Positions 1 through 8,759 of a stretch of 20,000 nt of DNA are shown one piece after another (positions within the stretch are counted from its first letter, which is position 1; the number at the start of each line of letters is the position of its first letter). The stretch lies in IMG/VR virus record IMGVR_UViG_3300020178_000825, positions 106,057 to 126,056 of that record; one strand, given 5' to 3'. The translations under genes and the position numbers were made by a program. This DNA is from an uncultured virus (IMG/VR IMGVR_UViG_3300020178_000825). Its lineage: Duplodnaviria; Heunggongvirae; Uroviricota; Caudoviricetes. The notes below the pieces were generated by a model that was given only the letters and a program-made list of their open reading frames with translations, searched no databases and was not told the origin of the DNA.

Positions 1-38
1 GCTGGAGGATTTTGAGCTAATCTTTCTTCTAAAGTCAT
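1..38 (-). CDS. 5' end of a hypothetical protein (MTLEERLAQNPP..., runs off the left edge)
   Basis: ATG at 38-36 on the minus strand, open to the edge, about 20 nt downstream of the ATATTTATAT motif at 58-67 as for other genes. Confidence 0.6.
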   Translation of the reverse strand, partial: MTLEERLAQNPP

Positions 39-57
39 AATTGTTTTTCTTTATATT

Positions 58-67
58 ATATAAATAT
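58..67 (-). promoter_or_regulatory. Putative phage promoter motif ATATTTATAT
   Basis: Plus strand ATATAAATAT in the gap 39-71; the same motif recurs in the other long intergenic gaps. Confidence 0.6.
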
Positions 68-71
68 AACC

Positions 72-1010
72 TTATGTATCGAAACGAACAATGAAGTTTA
101 CAGGATAATCCGGTAATGATTTAATTGGTTGGGGTAGTTTAGCTACCGCAACCATATTCATTTCATTATCATATAAACCTATTGTTGTAATAAATGGCGT
201 TAAATAAGAACCAGTTTGGTCAGTAGAACCACTTACTTCATAATCATCAAAACTTCCCTTAGATGAGCCATCATAAGATGATACATATGGATACTTACCA
301 CCCCTTATATATCTAGCTCCAGGTTGATAAAAAGATTGAGATACCAACTCACCATCAATCAATCTAGTCTTTGGTTTTGTAATAGATGCCGTTATTTTTT
401 TACCACCAACTTCATAAATAGCAGTTGGATTTTGAGATACATTGAATTCATTTTCATTTACTGAAAGGAATATTTCGTTTTCATAAATAGTCATAGTTGA
501 ACGATATGATACATCAAATGAAGATAAACCGCTTCCATCAGCTACATCTTCGGTAAGTACAACTAATCCCCTATCATAAAACACATTACCCTTAATGTTT
601 GATGCAGAATCGATTAAGTTAGAGTTACCATCATCGGTTGCCGTAATCGAACCATATTCAACTACCATTGAACCCACTTTAATTCCTTCACCATAATATT
701 GTTGTGGAATTGGTATTATACCAATCGTATCACTAATAACCCTTTCATTGGTTGATGCATATGATTCCCTTTTACCAACTTCGGTTAAAATAGATGCAGT
801 AGCTGGATTTAAATAAAATTGTGCTTTTATAGAATCATATAAAGTTCTTTTAGATGTACCGTCTGAGTTAGTGTCATCGGTATTTACATCATAAAGGTCC
901 GTTTGATTTGTACCATAAAGTGCGGTAATATCCGTTTGGTCCAAAGCCCACTCTTTGTAAACTTTGAAAGGCCTAACCACCACATCTGATTTTGGAATCT
1001 CTTTTATCAT
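72..1010 (-). CDS. Putative virion baseplate/tail-fibre attachment protein, paralog of 1098..2309
   Basis: 312 aa; C-terminal PFITTIGLYDNEMNMVAVAKLPQPIK resembles the ELGLYDDAGTLIAVA half of the P2 gpH N-terminal (DUF3751) domain; shares several blocks with the 403-aa neighbour. Confidence 0.6.
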   Translation of the reverse strand: MIKEIPKSDVVVRPFKVYKEWALDQTDITALYGTNQTDLYDVNTDDTNSDGTSKRTLYDSIKAQFYLNPATASILTEVGKRESYASTNERVISDTIGIIPIPQQYYGEGIKVGSMVVEYGSITATDDGNSNLIDSASNIKGNVFYDRGLVVLTEDVADGSGLSSFDVSYRSTMTIYENEIFLSVNENEFNVSQNPTAIYEVGGKKITASITKPKTRLIDGELVSQSFYQPGARYIRGGKYPYVSSYDGSSKGSFDDYEVSGSTDQTGSYLTPFITTIGLYDNEMNMVAVAKLPQPIKSLPDYPVNFIVRFDT

Positions 1011-1026
1011 CTAAGCAAATACTTTT

Positions 1027-1036
1027 ATATAAATAT
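1027..1036 (-). promoter_or_regulatory. Putative phage promoter motif ATATTTATAT
   Basis: Plus strand ATATAAATAT, 16 nt from the ATG at 1010, just downstream of a terminator. Confidence 0.6.
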
Positions 1037-1040
1037 TAAG

Positions 1041-1069
1041 AAACAAAAAACCCCACTTTTAGTGGGGTT
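1041..1069 (-). terminator. Rho-independent terminator after the 403-aa gene
   Basis: Perfect inverted repeat AACCCCACT-ttt-AGTGGGGTT (1049-1069) running into a T-tract (TTTTTTGTTT) on the minus strand. Confidence 0.85.
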
Positions 1070-1097
1070 CTTCTACATTTATATTTTAATAAATTTA

Positions 1098-2309
1098 TTA
1101 GAATGAAAGTTTAACTTTAATTAATACTTCTTTATCAAATGATTTTTCAATTGGTTGAGAAGTTTTAGCTACTGCTATTGTTTCATTTGCATCATTTAAT
1201 AATCCAACCGTTGTAATATAAGTTCTTGGGTCAGTTTCAAATGTTGTTTCTGTGAATGTTCCATTGGCATTTACATAAGTTGGGTTGTTTGAATAGTTAA
1301 ATTCTCTATTCGTTGCTCTTACGAAGAAATGTTGTGTTGATACGTTTTCAGTTCTTCTAGCTTGGAAATCACCACCATGATGAATTGCGTAGAATAATCT
1401 CTTATGATTTTCTTTATCAGCATCTACTCCAGTATCTCCAGCTAAAGTTCCTAAAGAACCCCAATCAGCATCAAATGCGTTACCAACAGTATCAGCGATT
1501 GCAGTTGGGTTAAGAATGATAATACCTCTATCAGGATAGAACAATCCATATCCCTCATTGTTAGATGCGGTTGTTGTATTGATTGTAGCTGCATCTTCAG
1601 TACCTAAGTTAAGTGAACCACTTACTACTTTAAATACTCTACCAGCTTTTCCTAATGTATCTCCAAACTTCTTACCACTATCATCAATGAAAGTAAATAA
1701 TCCATTAGAACCAGAAAGTTGTAATGACCAGTTACCCGGGTCCATTTTCTCTCTATATCTCGCTCTATTGATATTGATAGCGTAGATTGCGTTTGAATCG
1801 TTTGCTATACCACTACCATTTTCAAATGAGAATTGTGTATCGGTTGGGTCTAACAAAACTGATTTATATTGAGCGTAAGTTGCTTTAGTTGGTAGTAATG
1901 CATCATCTGAATTTGCTAATGATATTGAACCACTTCCATTTAAATGTCCATATGCTACAGCGAATTGAACTTCAGCTGATGAAGTTACTGCTGTATCTCC
2001 GGCGTAAGCATTATAGTAGTACTTAGCACTTGTACCAGCTACTTGAGCAGATGAAGTATAAAGTGCCGTTAATGAACCTACATCACCTGTCCATAATCCA
2101 GTTGTTACTACTTCAATTTTTGCATTTACCTTATCAAACTCACCGAATCTTTTATAAATTCCAGTAGTTACACCTGCGCCAGATTGTAATTGCTGTCCCG
2201 CAGGTAATGCTGAGTTTAAAAGGGCTACTACATCATTACTATCGATTGTTCCGCCTTGTGCTAACGCTTGTAGTTGAGCGGATATATTTGGGTCGTTTAT
2301 AATTGCCAT
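1098..2309 (-). CDS. Putative virion baseplate/tail structural protein
   Basis: 403 aa, Gly/Ala/Thr/Ser-rich like virion proteins; C-terminal TYITTVGLLNDANETIAVAKTSQPIEK motif; AAGGA upstream of the start; followed by a terminator. Confidence 0.65.
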   Translation of the reverse strand: MAIINDPNISAQLQALAQGGTIDSNDVVALLNSALPAGQQLQSGAGVTTGIYKRFGEFDKVNAKIEVVTTGLWTGDVGSLTALYTSSAQVAGTSAKYYYNAYAGDTAVTSSAEVQFAVAYGHLNGSGSISLANSDDALLPTKATYAQYKSVLLDPTDTQFSFENGSGIANDSNAIYAININRARYREKMDPGNWSLQLSGSNGLFTFIDDSGKKFGDTLGKAGRVFKVVSGSLNLGTEDAATINTTTASNNEGYGLFYPDRGIIILNPTAIADTVGNAFDADWGSLGTLAGDTGVDADKENHKRLFYAIHHGGDFQARRTENVSTQHFFVRATNREFNYSNNPTYVNANGTFTETTFETDPRTYITTVGLLNDANETIAVAKTSQPIEKSFDKEVLIKVKLSF

Positions 2310-2323
2310 ATCTCTATCCTTTT

Positions 2324-2953
2324 TTAGTTGTTACTTCTATAAGTTACAGTTACAGGAATAGTTTGTGAACCACCCGTCTCATTTCCATATACAGTTATCG
2401 TAGTAGAAACATTAGATGTTAACGAAGGATTTGGTGAGAATGTAAATCCTAAACCACTAACAACTTGTGCCGTAGTAGTTACTTCTTCTCCTAAGAAAAC
2501 AGGAACCGAACCGGCTGCTGTTGCTCCTTGCGTTACTGCTAATGTACCAGCTCTCTGGTCTGCTAATACAACAGTATATCCAGAAGAACTATTTCCTTGT
2601 GGTGAAGTTGTAGGTGAAAGAGCAACTTGCCCTTCATCTTGATAAACTCCAATTGAAGAAATACCTAATGCTACAACTGGAATCTGAGTTGTACCTTTTG
2701 GTAATGTAACTAACTTGTATCTTAATACTTGTGTTTCGTCTGGACTAGCTTCCAGAATTGGTATCGCCTTAATTGCCGAATCATAATACGCTGAACCCTT
2801 TGGGTGCGCTGGCTCGTACAATGTATAATCAATCTCATCATCACCTAATGCGAATTTGGTAATGTTAAGGGATTGACCAGATGCCAACTTCTGTCTACCT
2901 TTTTTGGTTAGGATGGCATCGACTGTAATTGATGTATTGTCTAAATATCCCAT
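2324..2953 (-). CDS. Putative virion structural protein with tail-collar (P2 gpH N-terminus-like) start and beta-rich C-terminus
   Basis: 209 aa; AILTKKGRQKLASGQSLNITKFALGDD resembles the recalled P2 gpH segment VITTAGAAKLAAA...ITTMAVGDG; C-terminal TITVYGNETGGSQTIPVTV looks like Ig-type strands. Confidence 0.6.
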   Translation of the reverse strand: MGYLDNTSITVDAILTKKGRQKLASGQSLNITKFALGDDEIDYTLYEPAHPKGSAYYDSAIKAIPILEASPDETQVLRYKLVTLPKGTTQIPVVALGISSIGVYQDEGQVALSPTTSPQGNSSSGYTVVLADQRAGTLAVTQGATAAGSVPVFLGEEVTTTAQVVSGLGFTFSPNPSLTSNVSTTITVYGNETGGSQTIPVTVTYRSNN

Positions 2954-2990
2954 AATTTTTTTAATTTGCCCTTTTGTTTATTATGTACTA

Positions 2991-2998
2991 ATAAATAT
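2991..2998 (-). promoter_or_regulatory. Putative phage promoter motif ATATTTAT (context GTTATATTTATT)
   Basis: Plus strand ATAAATAT(AAC) in the gap 2954-3016; shares the GTTATATTTAT context with the copy at 60-70. Confidence 0.55.
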
Positions 2999-3016
2999 AA
3001 CTATTTTAAAATTTAA

Positions 3017-6000
3017 TTAATCTACCTCAAGAATTGGTTCTCCACTTCCTCTACCAGTATCCGCAACTCTTAAAATGTTCGGATTCGTAGTAAATGTTTC
3101 AACAGGAGATAACCCATCTGGGGTTGTATTTATTGTTTGTTTTGAACCTTCAAAGAATGAATTTTTTAATCCTTGTGATAGGTTGTTTTTATATCGATAG
3201 TGAGATGATAAGTATCCCTTTAACGGAGTTACTTCAACTACATCGTTTCCAACCGATGGGTCTGGTGCTCCAAATGGTACTTTTGTTACTTTGTATCTAA
3301 ACTTAGTAACCTCTACATCTTCATATCTAACCTGCTCATTGGTTGTTGTTGTAGGATATCCTGCAACTTGAGTAGGTACTTTTTCTATGTATGATTCTTT
3401 TATTAAATATACTTGCTGTCTACTTCCAGATAAATTTCCAAATATATCCAATGTACTAACTTCACCATATTTTTCAATTGGTGTAAATAATCCAAATCCA
3501 GCATTATTTAATGAATTCGGGTCCATACCAATTTGTTCAAATCCAAATGATTCAGCCGATGCATCTAATTTACTTCCATCGGGAACTTCAATTTCCGAAA
3601 CATATGTTGGATATGTACCCAATAAATTCGTATCATTATCAACATCGATAGATGAATCATATTGTGGGTTGGTTGATGTTAATACAATATCATCCTCACC
3701 ATCAACATTTGCTTCATAGTTATCATACTGATGTGTTAATACTACATCAGATTCCCCATCTATGTTAGCTTGAAATTGATTGTTATCACCAATTAAAATT
3801 ACATCTTCATCAACATCTACACTGGTTTCATAATCTCTTTTTTCAGATGTTGGTTTATCCCATTTAGTTTTACTTCTTTCTAAAAAGTGAGGTTCGATTA
3901 ATAAACCTTTAGAAACTTTTGCTCTAGCAGGAACTAAATCTTCCAATACATCGAATAAAGATTTATCAATGTATCTAATTAATCTGATATATTCGTAGAT
4001 ATCTCTATTTAATCTTTGGAAGTAATAATCTCTTAATGATTTTAATTCCGTATATTCATCTTTGTATTCATCAGCAGGTGCTCCAATATAATTATCAATA
4101 TTGAAGTTACCAAATGATTTAATGATATCCATATTCAACTCTTTGATTGGGGAGAAGAATAATCCTAAACGAGATGAATCGATTGGCGCCCTATCTAATG
4201 ATTTTTTGGTTGCTCTAACTTTGTGTGATAAATTACCAACAAGTTCTTGAGTTTCAAATCTAATTTTATCAGCTTGATTAAATCCTAATGATGGAACTTT
4301 TGCAGTTATTGTTCTTTCATAACTTCTATAATGATATGGATAATCTGATATTGAATTAAATCCAACAGCGGTTCCATTAACATTATATTCGGTACTAATA
4401 GCAACATTATTTATTGTTGTGGATGATGATAAATCTTTAGGAAGTTCAAAATCAAATCTAAGTACTAAATCTTCAGATGATGCCGTATAGCTGTTTCCAG
4501 CTATCGAATCTGGTTGTAGTGTATGCGTATCTAATAAGTTAGTTTCTAACGGAGTTTTCCATAATCTAAATTCATCAAGCGAACCATTAAATCCATTACC
4601 AACTCGCAATGAACGCCCAATACCCAATCCACTACCAGTCCAATTTGCATTAGTAATACTTAGAGTATTTGATGCTTTTTCTGTTCGTATTCTACCATTA
4701 ATGGAATCTCTTAAATACACATTGAATGTATCATCACTTCCATCTTCACTTTTGTTGATAAGAATTTGTTTATACTCACCATCAAAGAATCTAACATTAT
4801 CAATAGATGCCGAATGTAGTTCTGAGCTTGAACTTACATATAAATCTAAGTTAGCAAAACTACCAGTGGTTTGGGATATTTTAAATTCCCATTCTGCTTC
4901 TGTACCAGATGGGTCCATCATTTTAATTAACGATGTATCTTTTGGTATAGTAGAATTAACCCTAAATTCAATACCTCTAGCGCTGTAATCATCGATATCA
5001 TTAAATGGTATTTGAATATAAGAACTATCGCTACCACTTAAAACAAGTTCAGAAGTTCTATCTTCAAATGTAAATGGTTGAGTACCACCATCAGTTGGGT
5101 CAGTTGGTCCACCAAACTCCATAATTGTAAGGAGTGATTGTGGAACACCATAACAAGCCATTACTGCTTTTAAAGAACGAGAAGTACCTTTGTGTTTTAA
5201 TAAGTAAGGTAAGTTGTTAAGGATTCTTCTCCAAACTTCTTCATTTGCTGATTTAAGAGATTGTTGATATTTTTCAGTACCATCTTTGTATTGTCCTAAA
5301 GCATATTCCCATAAATGTTGAGAATCATAAGCTTTTCTACCATCCCATCCCAACGATTCTAACATTGTAGAAACCAAATCACTTGAAAATCCTAAATCTG
5401 CTTTATGTTCTGGTTTTCTTAAATTGTTTAACCCATTAATATATGCCCAAATAACATCAAAATGATGCCCTAACATATCCATAAACAACATAAAGTCCTC
5501 GTTCTGATAATCTTCTCTAATAAATTCTGGAAGATTGTTGTTTAGGTAATCTACATTATTTCTATCAAATGTTGCGGCTTCATTTACAGCAGTATTATAC
5601 CAAGCAATTGCCTGAGAATCGGTTGATGCTATAATTGAACTTCCGCTCTTAGGATATGCTAATGAATTGGTTGATGTATATAAAAAGTTTTCAAATCCAT
5701 CAAATGTTTTGATAAGATTGTTTATATTAACCAATTGTTGATTAGCTTGTACCACCGAAGCTGCTGTTACACTTATAGCCTCAATTTGTAAACTGGAAGA
5801 AGCTGGTTCACTTATGATTGTATATTCATCAACCAATCCACCCTCTGCTAATAAATACCCCAATTCTACTTGAGATACCGATAAACTATTATATTTTGTT
5901 TGATATGATTCTAATAGTTCAACTTTATATTGGAAGTTTTTAATTCTTTCTTCAGCCGAACCAAAATGTACAAAATTTTCAAATACATATTCGGAACCAC

Positions 6001-7240
6001 TTACATATTGAATATTTAATTTTTTGGTATCTATACCAACTTTTTCACCATACTCTCTTATTAGTGCATCATTTGTTGATGAACCACTTGCAAGTAAATC
6101 ACTATATACTTGATATCCAATACCATTATCAGATTCTAACGAAAAATTAGGTCCTTGTAATGGTGGGCAGTAATCCTGCGTATCACCCAATAATGTGAGT
6201 GTCTCAAATATAGGATTGGTTTGAATTTTAGTAATCCAAACTTTTTGATTTGTTTGTATATCGTTTGAAAGGGGTTCATATAACTTTAAAATTAACGAAG
6301 ATGCATCACCACCAGTTTGAGTGATTTCTTGCAATCCTCTCCAAGTTGTTATTACTTTGTTGTTACCATCCCCCAAATGTAATAAGTGAGTAAGATATGT
6401 TGAATCATCAAAACTACATTTATTAAATTGAGAAATGAATCCTTCTGATATCCTGTTAATAGCAACCGAACGTGGTATATCTAAATCACCCTTATCAAAT
6501 AAAATAGTAAAAGTTTCTGTTTCACCCCTTACCTTTTCTTTTCTTAGATTTTGGTTTACAGGAGTTAATGATATTGGTATCTTAATTTTATCAACATCTT
6601 CAGTACCTTCCATATCAAGATAGTTGATTAGAATCTCTTGTACATTAAAATTAAGATTAAATTCTCTTGTTGTAAATGCATTTTTAACTCTACCAATACC
6701 AACTTCAACAAACCCACTTCTTTCTAATCCTTCTACATCAAATCTTAATTTAAAATCAACATCATATCCAATAAAATCAGCACCCCTAATTACTTTGGGA
6801 TATGTGATTCTTCTAATATCTGGTACAGTTACAGAATACTCATCAACAACATTAATTGTTAAACTAACTGCTCTATCTAAGATATTAGATGTTTCATTAT
6901 CTTGAGTTCCCTCATCTAACTTAGTTACAATATCTTTTTGTTCTTCAACTTCATTTAGATTTTTAGGTCTATCTGATAAAGATACCTCAGGCAATTTCTT
7001 TTCGTTTGCTTTTTTTGTATTTGGAATATTTGATTTTAATCCTAAATCATTTACTGGTTTAGTTGGATAGTTTATAGGGTTTATTGGTTTTAAAATATCA
7101 TTAATAGGATTAAATGCTCCACCACCCGCTTTACCAGATTTATTTAAATCAGATAATGATATAATGGCATTATTCTTTGGTGGAACTTTGTTTGCTCCCA
7201 AAGATTTTAAAATATCTAATATGTTTTTTGGTGCTGGCAT
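3017..7240 (-). CDS. Large baseplate wedge-type protein (P2 gpI-like motif plus LamG/concanavalin A-like domain)
   Basis: 1407 aa; WRRILNNLPYLLKHKGTSRSLKAVMACYG matches the gpI-family HKGT motif; FFDGEYKQILI...GNGFNGSLDEFRLWKTPL matches the LamG F-x-G-x-[IL]-DE-x-R-x-W motif; lies downstream of gpW/gpJ-like genes. Confidence 0.7.
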   Translation of the reverse strand: MPAPKNILDILKSLGANKVPPKNNAIISLSDLNKSGKAGGGAFNPINDILKPINPINYPTKPVNDLGLKSNIPNTKKANEKKLPEVSLSDRPKNLNEVEEQKDIVTKLDEGTQDNETSNILDRAVSLTINVVDEYSVTVPDIRRITYPKVIRGADFIGYDVDFKLRFDVEGLERSGFVEVGIGRVKNAFTTREFNLNFNVQEILINYLDMEGTEDVDKIKIPISLTPVNQNLRKEKVRGETETFTILFDKGDLDIPRSVAINRISEGFISQFNKCSFDDSTYLTHLLHLGDGNNKVITTWRGLQEITQTGGDASSLILKLYEPLSNDIQTNQKVWITKIQTNPIFETLTLLGDTQDYCPPLQGPNFSLESDNGIGYQVYSDLLASGSSTNDALIREYGEKVGIDTKKLNIQYVSGSEYVFENFVHFGSAEERIKNFQYKVELLESYQTKYNSLSVSQVELGYLLAEGGLVDEYTIISEPASSSLQIEAISVTAASVVQANQQLVNINNLIKTFDGFENFLYTSTNSLAYPKSGSSIIASTDSQAIAWYNTAVNEAATFDRNNVDYLNNNLPEFIREDYQNEDFMLFMDMLGHHFDVIWAYINGLNNLRKPEHKADLGFSSDLVSTMLESLGWDGRKAYDSQHLWEYALGQYKDGTEKYQQSLKSANEEVWRRILNNLPYLLKHKGTSRSLKAVMACYGVPQSLLTIMEFGGPTDPTDGGTQPFTFEDRTSELVLSGSDSSYIQIPFNDIDDYSARGIEFRVNSTIPKDTSLIKMMDPSGTEAEWEFKISQTTGSFANLDLYVSSSSELHSASIDNVRFFDGEYKQILINKSEDGSDDTFNVYLRDSINGRIRTEKASNTLSITNANWTGSGLGIGRSLRVGNGFNGSLDEFRLWKTPLETNLLDTHTLQPDSIAGNSYTASSEDLVLRFDFELPKDLSSSTTINNVAISTEYNVNGTAVGFNSISDYPYHYRSYERTITAKVPSLGFNQADKIRFETQELVGNLSHKVRATKKSLDRAPIDSSRLGLFFSPIKELNMDIIKSFGNFNIDNYIGAPADEYKDEYTELKSLRDYYFQRLNRDIYEYIRLIRYIDKSLFDVLEDLVPARAKVSKGLLIEPHFLERSKTKWDKPTSEKRDYETSVDVDEDVILIGDNNQFQANIDGESDVVLTHQYDNYEANVDGEDDIVLTSTNPQYDSSIDVDNDTNLLGTYPTYVSEIEVPDGSKLDASAESFGFEQIGMDPNSLNNAGFGLFTPIEKYGEVSTLDIFGNLSGSRQQVYLIKESYIEKVPTQVAGYPTTTTNEQVRYEDVEVTKFRYKVTKVPFGAPDPSVGNDVVEVTPLKGYLSSHYRYKNNLSQGLKNSFFEGSKQTINTTPDGLSPVETFTTNPNILRVADTGRGSGEPILEVD

Positions 7241-8754
7241 TAGAATTGTCTTATATCATAATTAGGTCTGAGGATGCTATCATCTCTTCCAAAGTCATCG
7301 AATCTATCTCCAAAATCATTAAATTCGTCTCTTTCTATAAATTCGTTTCGGCCTCCGCCTCCACCTCCGCCACCTCTACGAGGAGAGCCACCAGATGGTG
7401 TAGATACTGGCTTATATGGATTAGCCTTATCCTCTGGTTTTGGTGGTGGTGGGGGTAATTCTTTTTCGTTTTGTACAAACTTAGGTGTAACTTCTTTTGG
7501 TGTTATAGTAATAGGTTGTTCCGATTCTCTAACTTGATTTTCATAATCATCAAATGAAAATGGAAATAATTTTATATTATATTGTCCTATTTTGTTAAAA
7601 ACCCTATGAGGTATTGTTATACCAACAACCTTTCCACCCGGTTCCTCATAATTATCTCTACCAAAATCATCAAATTCCAAAACATCATCACCAACTACAA
7701 CTGTTATTGCTTGCACATCATCGTTCATCTGAACCAGTAGTGGTACTCCAGATTTAGTGTTAATATTATATTTTCTTGGGTCTCCATTTACCAATGATAT
7801 TTGAGGGTCTAATCCTGGTAATGGAACTGGTATCTTTTCGGTATCTATGCCAATACTATATTCAGATGTCAATTTTAATGTTGTTTCCAACGATTCACCA
7901 GCATCCGCTTCTATTATAATGGGTTTATTATCTGGTTTGAGAATATCAATACGAGTAATCCTATACAAAGAAGTATCAGCTGAACTTATTACATAGTTTG
8001 TTCCTTCAACATCTTCATATGAACTCTGTCCAATAGATGGAAAAAATTGTGCATTTTTATTTCCATTTTTTAGTACACTTACCGGCAATCCCTCACCAGT
8101 TATTAAAAAATTTACTTTATAACTACTTGGTTCCTCATATTCATCACGTCCACCGCCTGTATTTACTGGTTTTTTATTTAATTTAAAATTTAAATCAATA
8201 GAAGATACACTAGCAATACCCTTTTCTTCTACAATTTTATTATCAACATATTTGATAAGAGAAATTGCTTTTGTATTTATTCCAAGTAATTGGTTTTCCG
8301 GTTTTAATCCTTGATTTTCTATAATGGGAGCCCCATCATCTAACATAGATACGATGTAGTATTCGTTACATACATAACCCTCTTTAGATACTTTTATTTT
8401 TTTATCACCAGTTCTTGCTAATGATTCTCTTGTAACTCTTACCAATGAATTTATACCAACTTTTTCATCATTTACAAAAGTTGAAAATCCCTTTTCATTA
8501 GTTTTTATAATAAATAAAATAGGGTCTGAGATAGTATCCTTTGGTGGTTCTTCTGGGTCTTCTGTATCACCATAAGGTCCCTTTGGTGAGTTACCTCCAC
8601 TATTACCACCAGTATTACCAGTATCACCAGTATCGCCAGTAGCAGGGCCATTACCTACACCAGGGTCTTGGTCTGGCTCTTGTGGTCCAGTATTATCACC
8701 CTCATTAGGGTCATATACTTCATCATAATCGATATTTTTTATTGGTGCTGGCAT
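7240..8754 (-). CDS. Putative virion protein with PEGA-like and Ig/PKD-like beta domains and low-complexity ends
   Basis: 504 aa; FIIKTNEKGFSTFVNDEKVG...GDKKIKVSKEGY fits the PEGA pattern; HRVFNKIGQYNIKLFP fits a PKD/Ig strand; acidic Gly/Pro N-tail and poly-Pro/poly-Gly C-tail; TAATG overlap with the next gene. Confidence 0.55.
   Translation of the reverse strand: MPAPIKNIDYDEVYDPNEGDNTGPQEPDQDPGVGNGPATGDTGDTGNTGGNSGGNSPKGPYGDTEDPEEPPKDTISDPILFIIKTNEKGFSTFVNDEKVGINSLVRVTRESLARTGDKKIKVSKEGYVCNEYYIVSMLDDGAPIIENQGLKPENQLLGINTKAISLIKYVDNKIVEEKGIASVSSIDLNFKLNKKPVNTGGGRDEYEEPSSYKVNFLITGEGLPVSVLKNGNKNAQFFPSIGQSSYEDVEGTNYVISSADTSLYRITRIDILKPDNKPIIIEADAGESLETTLKLTSEYSIGIDTEKIPVPLPGLDPQISLVNGDPRKYNINTKSGVPLLVQMNDDVQAITVVVGDDVLEFDDFGRDNYEEPGGKVVGITIPHRVFNKIGQYNIKLFPFSFDDYENQVRESEQPITITPKEVTPKFVQNEKELPPPPPKPEDKANPYKPVSTPSGGSPRRGGGGGGGGRNEFIERDEFNDFGDRFDDFGRDDSILRPNYDIRQF
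8609..8644. repeat. Degenerate 9-bp in-frame tandem repeat (4 units) encoding ATG-DTG-DTG-NTG tripeptides
   Basis: ccagtatta ccagtatca ccagtatcg ccagtagca. Confidence 0.7.
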
Positions 8755-8759
8755 AATTA

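Noticed and set aside
7225..7260. Programmed frameshift fusing the 504-aa and 1407-aa ORFs
   Set aside because: No slippery heptamer before the stop; a TAATG overlap with its own start codon is ordinary coupling.
7177..7537. Plus-strand ORFs with poly-Pro and Trp-rich stretches
   Set aside because: Antisense shadows of the poly-Gly/poly-Pro tail of the 504-aa gene.
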